Of a DNA stretch of 53,753 nucleotides, positions 36,522-45,967 are shown one piece after another (position 1 is the stretch's first letter; every line of letters begins with the position of its first letter). The notes under the pieces were generated by a model that was not told where the DNA came from, did not search any database, and saw only the letters and a program-made list of their open reading frames with translations. Position numbers and translations under genes: made by a program. The stretch is taken from positions 1 to 53,753 of the forward strand of contig JALNLB010000006.1 in assembly GCA_023267885.1 (NCBI GenBank), in the 5' to 3' direction. This DNA comes from Candidatus Terraquivivens ruidianensis (GTDB lineage Archaea > Thermoproteota > Nitrososphaeria_A > Caldarchaeales > Wolframiiraptoraceae).

Positions 36522-36599
36522 GACCTTCCCACCTCTCCGGAACTTCTAAATGAGATTTAGGGTAAGACGACTTAAACGTTACTTTAAAGCTTAGAGACT

Positions 36600-37028
36600 C
36601 TAACCCTTTGAGAGAGCTTTTGCTGCCTCCTCAAGGAGCTCCCTGCCTTTGGCCGTCAACATTCTGCCCTTCCTTCCCTCTTTCGTCAAAAGACCCGCGG
36701 TCTCCAATTGCTGAAGAGCCTTCCTGATGATGCTGCCGCTACCTTTCGCGAAAACCGGGGGCCTATAACCTCTTCTATGCCTGCCGCCGAACAACGTCCT
36801 AAGCCTAGAGACTCCTATGGGCCCTTTTATGTAGACCTTTCGCAGGACAGCAGCGCACCTAACATACCACCAATCTGGGTCAACCGGTGGCCTTTCTTTG
36901 TGTACACCTGTCTTGACGAAGGCAGCCCACGGAGGAGGTTTTACGAGCTGCGTATCCTTTAGGTATGCGGCCACTTTTTTAATCAGCTTTTCCGGGTTCA
37001 CAGCCAATACCAGCGACACGGCATGCAC
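36600..37028 (-). CDS. rps19e: 30S ribosomal protein S19e
   Basis: PPWAAFVKTGVHKERPPVDPDWWYVRCAAVLRKVYIKGPIGVSRLRTLFGG. Confidence 0.9.
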   Translation of the reverse strand: MHAVSLVLAVNPEKLIKKVAAYLKDTQLVKPPPWAAFVKTGVHKERPPVDPDWWYVRCAAVLRKVYIKGPIGVSRLRTLFGGRHRRGYRPPVFAKGSGSIIRKALQQLETAGLLTKEGRKGRMLTAKGRELLEEAAKALSKG

Positions 37029-37046
37029 CTTTCTCTTAAACTTTCA

Positions 37047-37385
37047 TTAAAGCTTCGAACGGCCGACCTTATGTGTTTTTTCTTTGAGGACGGGATACCT
37101 CCTTACCCGCCCACACTTTAAGCACCTTACGACGACATGTGTACTCCTTCGGTCCCTAATCCTAACGGAGAAGGAATTCGGTCCTAAAAACAAGTTGCCG
37201 CACTTTCTGCAGAACATCAGTCTATATTGTTTTGGAATCCTTATCCTAGCTCTCTGAGCCATCCTCCTAGCAATGGCCACGGCCTCCCTCGCGGCCTCAG
37301 GGTCTGATTGCGCATATGCCCTAGCGAACTTGAATAGCCTATCTATCCTCTCGCGTGCTATCGTTCTGAGCAGGCGGTCTCTCAT
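37047..37385 (-). CDS. rnp4: RNase P protein component 4 (Rpp21 / Rpr2)
   Basis: 112 aa. A helical N-half followed by the zinc ribbon CRKCGNLF ... RCLKCG. Confidence 0.8.
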   Translation of the reverse strand: MRDRLLRTIARERIDRLFKFARAYAQSDPEAAREAVAIARRMAQRARIRIPKQYRLMFCRKCGNLFLGPNSFSVRIRDRRSTHVVVRCLKCGRVRRYPVLKEKTHKVGRSKL

Positions 37386-37498
37386 GAAATACGTCCCCTA
37401 GTTTTCGTCACTTCCTTTATAAAAAATTATGGTTGCTACACGATATAACGAAAAGTTTTCAGACTTCAAAGTTAACCTACTACGTTGGTTGGGAGGTC

Positions 37499-38185
37499 GT
37501 GACCTTTACAAAACTAACCTTGGTTTTCGTGGAGGCAGCCCTCGAACTGGTTCCAAAAGAGTGCTGGAACCATAGGGCAGTGATATCGGAGGCAGAAAGA
37601 AGGGGTAAAAGACCAGGCCAGTTGCTCTTAGATAGGTCCTACCATCATGCAGCAATGAAAGGCTTGGCCGATGCGCACAAGCGGGGGAGGCCGGACATCG
37701 TACATTTCTGCCTGTTGGAGTCGCTAGGCTCCGTCCTTTCCAAGAAGGGCTTTCTGGAAGTTTACGTGCATACGAGGGATAATAAGCTCATCTGGATAAA
37801 TCCCGAAACGAGGTTGCCGAGGGTTTACGAGAGGTTCAAGGGCCTCATCGAGACTCTGTACGAGGAGCGCGTCATCGAGTCCGAAGGCAAGAGGCTACTC
37901 GAGCTTAGGGAAGGAACGTTGGCTGAGCTGCTGTCCACCTTAGAGCTTGACCAAGCAATTCTAATGAGCGAGAAAGGAGATAGGTTAACGATAAAGGAGC
38001 TCGGTAAGTTGTTAGCTTCTTACGAGAGGCCTGCCGTGCTTATAGGAGCGTTCCCTAGGGGTGAGCCTGAGGAGCAGACGGTTAAAGTAGCCAGCAGGGC
38101 TGTATGCATTTACGGCGAACCTCTGGAGGCATGGACCGTTACGTCCCGCGTGATTTGTTCGCTGGAGTACGTCCTAGATTATTAA
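37499..38185 (+). CDS. nep1: rRNA small-subunit pseudouridine methyltransferase Nep1 (Emg1, SPOUT)
   Basis: GTG 37499 is preceded by GGGAGG. Blocks LTLVFVEAALELVP and RPDIVHFCLL. The ORF-track start 37433 is probably too long. Confidence 0.8.
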   Translation: MTFTKLTLVFVEAALELVPKECWNHRAVISEAERRGKRPGQLLLDRSYHHAAMKGLADAHKRGRPDIVHFCLLESLGSVLSKKGFLEVYVHTRDNKLIWINPETRLPRVYERFKGLIETLYEERVIESEGKRLLELREGTLAELLSTLELDQAILMSEKGDRLTIKELGKLLASYERPAVLIGAFPRGEPEEQTVKVASRAVCIYGEPLEAWTVTSRVICSLEYVLDY

Positions 38186-38202
38186 CCACATAGTTTTATT
38201 CC

Positions 38203-38886
38203 TTGGAATATCAACGGTTTCCTGTGATCGATAGGAGAAAGTTAGCGAAGTTAATAGACCATACGGACCTCAGACCCACAGCCACGTATGCGGACATAAG
38301 GAGACTCTGCGACGATGCTGTCAGGCACGGTTTCTATGCCGTGTGCGTTAGCCCGTGCTTCGTGAAGCTGGCGTCCGAATTGCTCCTTACTACTGGAATT
38401 AAAGTTTGCACGGTCGTAGGCTTTCCCCTGGGGACGAACACCATCGAGACAAAATTATTCGAGGCAAGGAGGGCGTTAGAGGATGGTGCGGAAGAGTTGG
38501 ACGTCGTGATGAACTTAGGCATGATAAAGTCTGGAAACTATGCCTACGTCGAGGAGGAATTGAACAAAATTCTGGATGTTGCGAAAGGAGTCGTTGTCAA
38601 AATAATCATCGAAACAGGATACCTGACGGTCGAGGAGATGGGTAAGGTGTGCGAGGTTGTCGTAAAAGCCGGAGTGGATTATATAAAGACGTGCACGGGC
38701 TTCGGACCTAGGGGCGTATCTTTGGACGACGTGAGGTTGATAAAAGGGTTCACAGGCGGCAGAGTGGGTATAAAAGCCGCAGGGGGCATAAGGACCTACG
38801 AGCAGGCTGTTTCGCTGATTGAGGCAGGTGCCACGAGGCTTGGAACGAGCCATTCTTTGAAAATCTTAAAAGGTGCACCACAGTGA
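38203..38886 (+). CDS. deoC: Deoxyribose-phosphate aldolase
   Basis: 227 aa. LIDHTDLRP, VCTVVGFPLG, Schiff-base Lys region DYIKTCTGFG, and IKAAGGIRT. Confidence 0.9.
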   Translation: MEYQRFPVIDRRKLAKLIDHTDLRPTATYADIRRLCDDAVRHGFYAVCVSPCFVKLASELLLTTGIKVCTVVGFPLGTNTIETKLFEARRALEDGAEELDVVMNLGMIKSGNYAYVEEELNKILDVAKGVVVKIIIETGYLTVEEMGKVCEVVVKAGVDYIKTCTGFGPRGVSLDDVRLIKGFTGGRVGIKAAGGIRTYEQAVSLIEAGATRLGTSHSLKILKGAPQ

Positions 38887-38898
38887 GTATCGATTGAC

Positions 38899-38991
38899 TG
38901 CGGCGGCCGGGATTCGAACCCGGGATTTCAGGCTTGGAAGGCCTACGCCGAACGCTCGACTGCGTCCTAGTCCAGACTAGACCACCGCCGC
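38899..38991 (-). tRNA. tRNA-Gly (anticodon UCC) with a 17-nt non-canonical intron in the anticodon stem
   Basis: Hand fold of the reverse complement: GCGGCGG UG GUCU AGUCUGGACUA GGAC G CAG[UCGAGCGUUCGGCGUAG]GC CUUCCAA GCCUG AAAUC CCGGG UUCGAAU CCCGG CCGCCGC A. The acceptor, T-arm and spliced anticodon stem are all Watson-Crick. 93 nt unspliced, 76 nt spliced. Confidence 0.8.
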
Positions 38992-39176
38992 GAATTAAAC
39001 TCAGTCCTATGCTGGTTCGAATGAACATTTAAGCATTTTTTAAACGTCGGCCTAATGCTTTCCACACTCGGACGCTATACACGCTAAGTTTGTATAAACG
39101 CTCGATGGGACGCAAAAAATCATGTTTAAATTATGCCCACTCAACAACAATAAAGATAGCCCGGAGTTAAGATTAT

Positions 39177-40313
39177 ATGAGCGAAAAAGATAGGCCCCTG
39201 CTAATAGAAGCACAGGACTTTAACGGGCTACTCTTATCGCTTAAAAGGCTAGGTTATGCAACCTATGCACCAACGGTGAGGGATGGAGCTATAGTTTATG
39301 ACCTAGTCGATTCCGCAGATGACTTGCCAATCGGCATAGGTGACGTACAGGAGCCTGGCTCGTATCGTCTTAGGAAAAGGGGAGACGGGTCCTTCTTTGG
39401 ATTCGTGGTTGGTCCACATTCGTGGAAGAAGTTTTTGCACCCGCCTACCGTTAAGTTGTTTACCATAAACAGTAATGGGAAAATCGTTGCAAACCTAGAG
39501 AATAGCGACCAGAAGTTAGCCTTCATAGGTGTCAGGCCCTGCGAACTCCAGGCCATAAAGATACTCGACAAAGTCCTGCTAGGAGGAGAATACCTTGACA
39601 TCGTATATGCTAGCAGGCGAAAAGATGTTTTCTTCGTGGTGGTCAATTGCATAGAGCCCGGTGGAAATTGTTTTTGCGCATCAGTTGGCACGGGGCCAGA
39701 AGCAAAGGACGGGTTTGACCTATGCCTAACGGAGCTGCTCAAACCAGACGGACATTATTTTCTTGTAAGAATAGGTAGCGAAAAAGGTAGGGAGTTAATT
39801 AGTTCGGTGCATTACAGGCAGGCAACTGACGAGGAGGTCGAGCTTGCCTCCAGGCTTCTTACCCTATCAAGCGAACACATGGGTAAGAAGCTTGAGATAA
39901 AAGGGATGAAGGAGCTTCTTTACAGAAACCTTGACCACCCCCACTGGGATGAAGTTGCCAAACGTTGCCTTACATGCGGTAACTGCACGATGGTCTGCCC
40001 GACGTGCTTTTGCACGACCGTTTACGAAACGACCAACCTCTCCTTAAAGTATGCTGAGAAATGGAGGAGTTGGGATACGTGCTTCTCCCAAGAATTCTCT
40101 TACATACATGGGGGTCCAATACGATATTCTATAAGCGCACGCTACAGGCATTGGTTGATGCATAAGATGGCTACGTGGATGGACCAATTTGGTACGCTAG
40201 GCTGCGTCGGATGCGGCAGATGCATAACTTGGTGTCCCGTGGGAATAGATATTACTGAGGAAGTTAAACAGATCGATAAAAGAGACGGGGAGGTGAAGGT
40301 TAAAGTTGAGTGA
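39177..40313 (+). CDS. hydB: Hydrogenase beta-type subunit (4Fe-4S, HydB / AsrA-like)
   Basis: 378 aa. CLTCGNCTMVCPTCFC and CVGCGRCITWCPVGI. First gene of an overlapping five-gene unit. Confidence 0.75.
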   Translation: MSEKDRPLLIEAQDFNGLLLSLKRLGYATYAPTVRDGAIVYDLVDSADDLPIGIGDVQEPGSYRLRKRGDGSFFGFVVGPHSWKKFLHPPTVKLFTINSNGKIVANLENSDQKLAFIGVRPCELQAIKILDKVLLGGEYLDIVYASRRKDVFFVVVNCIEPGGNCFCASVGTGPEAKDGFDLCLTELLKPDGHYFLVRIGSEKGRELISSVHYRQATDEEVELASRLLTLSSEHMGKKLEIKGMKELLYRNLDHPHWDEVAKRCLTCGNCTMVCPTCFCTTVYETTNLSLKYAEKWRSWDTCFSQEFSYIHGGPIRYSISARYRHWLMHKMATWMDQFGTLGCVGCGRCITWCPVGIDITEEVKQIDKRDGEVKVKVE

Positions 40314-40800
40314 AGAAAAGGTTGACATCCTAACTATGCTGCGGGATCATCCGTTCATGCGGGACCTTCCTGAGAAGTACTTGCAACAGATTGCGGAGTT
40401 TTCTTCGCTCGTCCGCTTCAAGAGCGGACAAAAGGTGTTTGAGGAAGGAGAAGTTCACATGAAGTTCTACCTCATAGTTTACGGCCTTGTCGCCCTTTAT
40501 TCCGAGGTTCCTTCGAAGGGTGAGTTAAGGTTCGAGACGGTACGGGGTGGCGAGGTTCTGGGTTGGTCTTCGCTTGTCAGACCTTTTACTAAGACCGCAT
40601 CTGCCAAAGTTATTGAGCCAACGTTAGCAATTGCGATAGATAGCAACAAACTTCTCGAGATGATGGACAAAGACCGTGAGTTAGGCTACAGCATCATTAG
40701 CAGGCTGATACAGATCGTTTCAGGCAGGCTTAAGGCAGTACGCTTCCAACTCTTGGACATTTATGCTTCGTTAAAGCGGGGTAAGAGCGAAAGTGGTTAG
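40306..40800 (+). CDS. Stand-alone CAP-effector (cyclic-nucleotide-binding-like) domain protein, no HTH
   Basis: 164 aa. FKSGQKVFEEGEVHMKFYLIVYGLV ... RGGEVLGWSSLV ... KTASAKVIEPT ... C-helix. The TTG start overlaps the hydB stop by 8 nt, and its stop overlaps the next start by 8 nt. Confidence 0.75.
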   Translation: MSEEKVDILTMLRDHPFMRDLPEKYLQQIAEFSSLVRFKSGQKVFEEGEVHMKFYLIVYGLVALYSEVPSKGELRFETVRGGEVLGWSSLVRPFTKTASAKVIEPTLAIAIDSNKLLEMMDKDRELGYSIISRLIQIVSGRLKAVRFQLLDIYASLKRGKSESG

Positions 40801-41647
40801 CTCCGGACAAGCTCAGTTGGTAGTTAAAGAGGAAACGGCTCTCAGATGGATGAGCGTCTCTAAGGTCGTGAAAGAAACTGTCGACACCTATACCCTATAT
40901 CTTAAGCCAAGGACAGGGGAGCGGTTCTCGTTCAAGCCAGGCCAGTTCAACATGCTCTATGTCTTCGGCGTCGGTGAGGTTCCTATATCGATCAGCGGAG
41001 ACCCCAAGAATTTAAACCATATAGCGCATACGGTTAGGGCAGTAGGCGCGGTTACTAATTCTCTTACAAAGCTTAGAGAAGGAGCGCGCGTGGGTTTCAG
41101 AGGTCCGTTTGGCAACGGCTGGCCTATAGACGAGGCCGTAGGTAATGACGTCCTGATAGTTGCAGGCGGCATAGGCTTGGCACCGCTTCGCCCCGTCATA
41201 TACCACTTAATCAACAATAGACAGGACTACGGCAAAGTTTTCGTTTTGTACGGTGCTAGAACACCAAACGACCTACTTTACAAGAAGGAGTTGAAATCTT
41301 GGAAGGGTAGGATGGATATGGACGTGCTTGTAACCGTAGACAAGGGCGATGAAACGTGGAAGGGAAACTTGGGCGTCGTTACCATGCTTTTTGACTACGT
41401 TAAGCTCAACCCCGACAACACATACGCGTTCGTATGTGGACCTGAGATTATGATGAGGTTTACCGTAATAAACCTCAAAAACAAAGGACTGCCGGATGAA
41501 AAAATATTCCTTTCGATGGAAAGGAATATGAAGTGTGGTATAGGTGTTTGTGGCCACTGCCAGTTCGGTCCGTACTTTGTATGCAAAGATGGGCCTGTCT
41601 TCAGGCTTAATCAGATTAAGATGTTTTTCGGGAAGCGTGAAGTTTGA
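40793..41647 (+). CDS. hydG: Hydrogenase gamma-type subunit (FAD/NAD(P)-binding plus 2Fe-2S, HydG / AsrB-like)
   Basis: 284 aa. Flavin-reductase barrel ([23 protein letters not shown]), NAD fold ([13 protein letters not shown]) and C-terminal [12 protein letters not shown]. The start is GTG 40793 or ATG 40850. Confidence 0.75.
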   Translation: MVSSGQAQLVVKEETALRWMSVSKVVKETVDTYTLYLKPRTGERFSFKPGQFNMLYVFGVGEVPISISGDPKNLNHIAHTVRAVGAVTNSLTKLREGARVGFRGPFGNGWPIDEAVGNDVLIVAGGIGLAPLRPVIYHLINNRQDYGKVFVLYGARTPNDLLYKKELKSWKGRMDMDVLVTVDKGDETWKGNLGVVTMLFDYVKLNPDNTYAFVCGPEIMMRFTVINLKNKGLPDEKIFLSMERNMKCGIGVCGHCQFGPYFVCKDGPVFRLNQIKMFFGKREV

Positions 41648-42423
41648 TGAAGGATAGCATACCAAAGCTTGCGGTTTTTAAGTTCAGTTCCTGCGACGGT
41701 TGTCAGCTGAGCATCCTCGATCTTGAAGATGAGCTTTTAGAGATAGGTCGACGTGTCAACATAGCGTACTTCTTGGAGGCCAGCAGGGCAACCGTTAAAG
41801 GACCGTACGACGTGGGCCTTGTAGAGGGCAGCATTTCAACACCACATGAAAAGGAGTTGATAAAGGATGTCAGGCAAAAGTGTAAGACGCTTATAACCAT
41901 AGGAGCCTGTGCTACCGCAGGAGGCATACAGGCCCTGAGGAACTGGAAAGACGTAAAGGAGTTCGTCAGCGTCGTATATGCCAAGCCCGAGTACATAGAA
42001 ACGCTTGAGAAGGCGACGCCGATATCCGAGCACGTAAAGGTCGACTTTGAGCTTAGGGGCTGCCCTGTAAACAAATACCAAATTTTAGAGGTACTTACCG
42101 CCTTCTTGGCGGGCAGAAAACCGAACATTCCTTCTCACAGCGTCTGCGTAGAGTGCAAGCGCAAAGGTAATGTATGCATCATGGTATCCAACGGAGTACC
42201 ATGTCTCGGGCCAGTCACGCAAGTTGGGTGCGGCGCCATATGCCCGTCTTACGGCAGGGGTTGTTATGGATGCTTCGGACCCATGGAAAGCCCGAACGCA
42301 GAATCTCTCGGGGAGAGAATCCTCCAGCTCGGTATTAGCAAAAGGGATATCGTGCTCATGTTTAAGGGCTTTAACGGATGGTCAGAACCCTTCAGGAAGG
42401 CTGGTGATGCTTTTGAAGAGTAA
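41644..42423 (+). CDS. hydD: NiFe hydrogenase small (delta) subunit
   Basis: 259 aa. [20 protein letters not shown], and distal Cys clusters ([27 protein letters not shown]). Confidence 0.8.
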   Translation: MMKDSIPKLAVFKFSSCDGCQLSILDLEDELLEIGRRVNIAYFLEASRATVKGPYDVGLVEGSISTPHEKELIKDVRQKCKTLITIGACATAGGIQALRNWKDVKEFVSVVYAKPEYIETLEKATPISEHVKVDFELRGCPVNKYQILEVLTAFLAGRKPNIPSHSVCVECKRKGNVCIMVSNGVPCLGPVTQVGCGAICPSYGRGCYGCFGPMESPNAESLGERILQLGISKRDIVLMFKGFNGWSEPFRKAGDAFEE

Positions 42424-43708
42424 GACGAAAACTATAAGCGTCGACTATCTGGCAAGGGTAGAGGGCGAAGGCTCTCTTTTCATCAAGGTTAAGGGCGACC
42501 AAGTTATAGACACAAAGTTCAAGATATTTGAGCCGCCTAGGTTCTTTGAAGCGTTTCTCCGGGGCAGAAAGTACCACGAAGTCCCTGACATAACGGCCAG
42601 GATATGTGGCATCTGTCCGATTGCCTATCAGATGAGCGCCGTCCATGCCTTGGAGATGGTATTCGACGTAAACGTTGACGATAGCATCAGAGAGCTCAGG
42701 AGGTTGATCTACTGCGGCGAATGGATAGAGAGCCACGCCCTGCATGCTTTTCTGCTCCACGCTCCGGACTTCTTGGGTTATGACGATGCAATAAGGATGG
42801 CTAGAGACCATCCGGAAATAGTGAAGAAGGCGCTATTCGTTAAGAAGCTTGGAAACGAGCTCGTGAGGCTTTTGGGCGGTAGAGAAGTTCATCCGGTATC
42901 CGTATGCGTTGGTGGCTTCTACAAAGTGCCTACGAAGAGACAGTTGGATGCTATAAAGGACGAACTAAAGCAAGGCATGGAAGTTGCTCGAGAATTACTC
43001 GAATGGTCTGCTAAGTTAAAGTTCCCAAGGTTTGAGCAGGATTACGAGTTCATCTCCCTAAGACACCAAAACGAGTACCCGATGAACGAAGGCCGCATAG
43101 TCTCCAACAAAGGCCTAGACATCGCCGTAAAAGAGTACGATGAATACTTCGTTGAAGAACACATGCCACACTCTAACGCTCTGCACTCATACATAAAGGG
43201 AAGGGGCGCCTACTTTGTCGGTCCCTTGGCTAGGGTTAACCTGAACTTCGACAAGTTTTATGACCTAACGAAGGACACGCTCAAGCATGTCGGCTTCGAG
43301 ATACCGTGTAAAAACCCGTTCATGAGCATAGTGGCTAGGTGTGCAGAGACGCTTTACTCCTTCGAGGAAGCCATTAGGATAATAGACGAGTACAAAGAAC
43401 CTTCAAGGCCAAGGGCGGACTACGAGGTCAAGGCGGGAATCGGTTACGGCTGCACAGAAGCCCCGAGGGGAATGCTTTACCACAGATACGAGGTCGCCCC
43501 GGACGGTACGATACTATCGGCCAAGATAGTTCCGCCTACAGCGCAGAACCAAAAGAGGATAGAGGAGGACTTAAGGAGCATGGCGCCAGAAGTCCTGAAG
43601 CTGCCGTATAAGCAGGCCGTCTGGAGGTTCGAGCAGGCCATCAGGAATTACGACCCGTGCATATCCTGCGCCACGCACTTCCTGAAGCTAGAGGTCGAGC
43701 GCTCTTAG
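42407..43708 (+). CDS. hydA: NiFe hydrogenase large (alpha) subunit
   Basis: Start at ATG 42407 ([22 protein letters not shown]), overlapping hydD by 17 nt. N-terminal Ni-ligand motif RICGICP and C-terminal DPCISCATH followed by a 9-aa tail. Confidence 0.85.
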   Translation: MLLKSKTKTISVDYLARVEGEGSLFIKVKGDQVIDTKFKIFEPPRFFEAFLRGRKYHEVPDITARICGICPIAYQMSAVHALEMVFDVNVDDSIRELRRLIYCGEWIESHALHAFLLHAPDFLGYDDAIRMARDHPEIVKKALFVKKLGNELVRLLGGREVHPVSVCVGGFYKVPTKRQLDAIKDELKQGMEVARELLEWSAKLKFPRFEQDYEFISLRHQNEYPMNEGRIVSNKGLDIAVKEYDEYFVEEHMPHSNALHSYIKGRGAYFVGPLARVNLNFDKFYDLTKDTLKHVGFEIPCKNPFMSIVARCAETLYSFEEAIRIIDEYKEPSRPRADYEVKAGIGYGCTEAPRGMLYHRYEVAPDGTILSAKIVPPTAQNQKRIEEDLRSMAPEVLKLPYKQAVWRFEQAIRNYDPCISCATHFLKLEVERS

Positions 43709-43763
43709 CCAAGCCGTACTTCTTCTAAAATTTTTATTTAGAAGCCGAGTTACATAAAACTGG

Positions 43764-43842
<79 letters not shown>

Positions 43843-43991
43843 GAAAACATAGGTCTTACTAAGCCTATACAACTTTTGCTCCATTATTGTTGATTCATCG
43901 ACTGTAAGTTTCTGTCTTATTTTCTCCGCTATTCAAGTATGTTTTTGTAATAATCCGAGTAAGTAAGAACAGATAAGGTGCTGTTGAACTC

Positions 43992-45263
43992 TCATTTATA
44001 GAAGTTCATCCAGCCCTCCATCTTCTCCCAAGACCAATTGTAACCTGCTGGCACGGCGTATCCGTAGACTATGCAGCCACGCCAGACCGAGTACTGCGGC
44101 TCCGATGCCATGTTTACCTCCACGTTCTCGATGCCCTTCTCTGTCATCATGCGCTTGACCTTTGTCGTAGAGTCTACACAGATGCCCTTCAGCTTCTCGG
44201 GAACCTTCCAAGAGAAGTTTCCGCCCGATAGAAGTATCTGGCTGTAAAGGAGTGGCTGGAGCTCGACGGGGCACTTCTCTACGGCCGTTATTATCGCCTC
44301 AGCAACGTCCATCGTTCCGTAAAAAACGACATCGCCGAGCTTCGTATCTTTCGGCCTTGGCATGCCCCTTTTGAAGTAACTCTGAAATATTTCGTGGTTT
44401 GGGTTAAAGACGTATTCGCCGACGAGAAACCTTGTCCAAGAGTTCTCCGCAAGTTCTATCTTGAGCCTCGTTCCAGGAACCGCATAAACGGCCCTGACCG
44501 CTTCCGGGTTGCTCTTAGCGAAAGAGATGGCCGGGTCCAAATCAGCAGGCAATAGACCCAAGCTCTCCTTAACCTTTCTCACCAGCGCCTCCTCGCCAGC
44601 TAGGTCGCCGTAGCCAGCATCCTTGAGAATTTCTGCCATGATGGCGTTGGCATCGCTGCCTCCTCGGTTCAAAGCCACGACCGCGCCCCTGATCGGCGCC
44701 CTAGAGATGGGCGCAAGCTGCGTGTTTCCGTGCCCACTCTCCACCACGACGCAGGACGTTTTCTTATGGGCTATGGCAACGCTCAAGGGTTGCGGAATTA
44801 TCGTTGCCGAGTGCACGAGACCTACCTCTTTAGCCATGCTATCGAATATCTCGAACAGTCTCTCGTACATATATCTCGGAGCGACCGCCGAAAGGGCTGC
44901 TACGACGTAGAAGCCGTTGAAGCCCCAACCCTTTGGCCTGAACTCTTCTAAAGCATAGTGCGTCAGCTCCTTTACTACCTTCCACGCCCTTGCGTCGTCT
45001 TTCATAACGATGCCCTCCCTCATCGGATAGACGAGTCTGGTAGCAAGCTCCGCACCGCTCTCCAGAAAAAGTGTCACATCCTTGCCGACTACGACCTCAT
45101 GGTCTGCTCCCATTATCTGAGAGAGAACGGACTTCTCGGGGAAGTAGCCCCTGTTCTCCACTGCGAGAGGCCTCTCGCCTTGGGTTATCGGCCCGTACTT
45201 GAATTCACTGGTTCCATAATCGGCACCAAATACATAACGCCTCTTATAATCTTCGTCATGCAT
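43992..45263 (-). CDS. cren-1: Crenactin (archaeal actin homologue)
   Basis: 423 aa. YVFGADYGTSEFKYGP, VVESGHGNTQLAPI, LNRGGSDANA, LLSGGNFSW and SEPQYSVWRGCIVYGYA closely parallel Pyrobaculum crenactin as I recall it. Confidence 0.9.
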   Translation of the reverse strand: MHDEDYKRRYVFGADYGTSEFKYGPITQGERPLAVENRGYFPEKSVLSQIMGADHEVVVGKDVTLFLESGAELATRLVYPMREGIVMKDDARAWKVVKELTHYALEEFRPKGWGFNGFYVVAALSAVAPRYMYERLFEIFDSMAKEVGLVHSATIIPQPLSVAIAHKKTSCVVVESGHGNTQLAPISRAPIRGAVVALNRGGSDANAIMAEILKDAGYGDLAGEEALVRKVKESLGLLPADLDPAISFAKSNPEAVRAVYAVPGTRLKIELAENSWTRFLVGEYVFNPNHEIFQSYFKRGMPRPKDTKLGDVVFYGTMDVAEAIITAVEKCPVELQPLLYSQILLSGGNFSWKVPEKLKGICVDSTTKVKRMMTEKGIENVEVNMASEPQYSVWRGCIVYGYAVPAGYNWSWEKMEGWMNFYK

Positions 45264-45296
45264 CCCCGTTCATGAGACTTTAATTTGCTTACGGAT

Positions 45297-45956
45297 TTAA
45301 GCGTTAAACGGCCCCTTCTCAGCAAGTATATCAAGCCATGGATTATCCTTCATAAAGGATGGGAGCTCCGTTTTAGTGTCCGCGCTATTATTACTCTTAT
45401 CTGCTACGGCGGTCTTGACGTGTGAAGGTCGTACATCACCGAAAGCCAATAACCTGTCGGAGAGCTTGCCGTATAATGCTTCGAGCCTCTCCAATCTTGA
45501 CACCAACGTATCGATCTCGTTTATTCTCTGGACGAACCTCTCCAACTTCTCTATCCTTTCTATCACATGTGATGCATTCTCGTACTTTACGGAGGTTTGT
45601 GTCTCATCCTTCCCTATGTGCTTGACCATAGGTGGTAGCTCCTCTAGCCCATGCGTCCCGTGCAAGAGAAGGCCTATGCCATGCAACCTGATAGCCATGA
45701 GCTCGTCCATAGATGCTACGTTCCTTGGAACTAAGATGTATGCCCTCTCACCCTTAGCGGCCCAAAATGCCGACTCCAACGCAGCAGAGATTAACTCTGG
45801 CCTACCACCCATCTCATCCAACACCTTAACGACGTACGCGAAACCGTTCCCGACGAACCTTAGCACGCCTTCCTCCATGCTACCGCCTTCGAACCTCAGA
45901 CCCTGCTTTGACATATAGTTTGTGAGGGCCCTTTCGAGAACGGTTCTTAGCACCAA
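45297..45956 (-). CDS. Hypothetical protein, candidate arcadin-2-like crenactin partner
   Basis: 219 aa, ending 33 nt upstream of crenactin on the same strand. It has an N-terminal alpha/beta domain, a central coiled coil (IERIEKLERFVQRINEIDTLVSRLERLEALYGKL), a low-complexity linker and a C-terminal amphipathic peptide ELPSFMKDNPWLDILAEKG. The start is uncertain (TTG 45956, GTG 45953 or ATG 45914). Confidence 0.4.
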   Translation of the reverse strand: MVLRTVLERALTNYMSKQGLRFEGGSMEEGVLRFVGNGFAYVVKVLDEMGGRPELISAALESAFWAAKGERAYILVPRNVASMDELMAIRLHGIGLLLHGTHGLEELPPMVKHIGKDETQTSVKYENASHVIERIEKLERFVQRINEIDTLVSRLERLEALYGKLSDRLLAFGDVRPSHVKTAVADKSNNSADTKTELPSFMKDNPWLDILAEKGPFNA

Positions 45957-45967
45957 AATCTATCGAA

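Noticed and set aside
36061-36549. A 162-aa plus-strand ORF spanning the L39e / PDCD5-like region.
   Set aside because: It is antisense to two clearly recognisable minus-strand genes, and its composition is Ser/Leu/Phe-rich low complexity.
39014-39022. GGTTCGAAT next to tRNA-Gly(UCC), considered as a partial tRNA duplication or att-site scar that would support an integrated island.
   Set aside because: It is only a 9-nt match, in the opposite orientation to the tRNA, with no extension into the acceptor stem. That is about what chance predicts for a 2 x 54-kb search space.
38750-39028. A 92-aa minus-strand ORF overlapping the deoC 3' end and the tRNA-Gly(UCC) gene.
   Set aside because: The region is fully explained by deoC and a well-folding tRNA, and the ORF reads straight through the tRNA.
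42170-42406. N-terminal extensions of ORF-track entries: hydA from 42170, pyrB from 46869, pyrC from 48389, phosphohexomutase from 10794, RFAP synthase to 28071, DedA from 12160, Nep1 from 37433.
   Set aside because: The extensions overlap neighbouring genuine genes and carry no family signal. Internal starts give canonical N-termini and sensible operon spacing.
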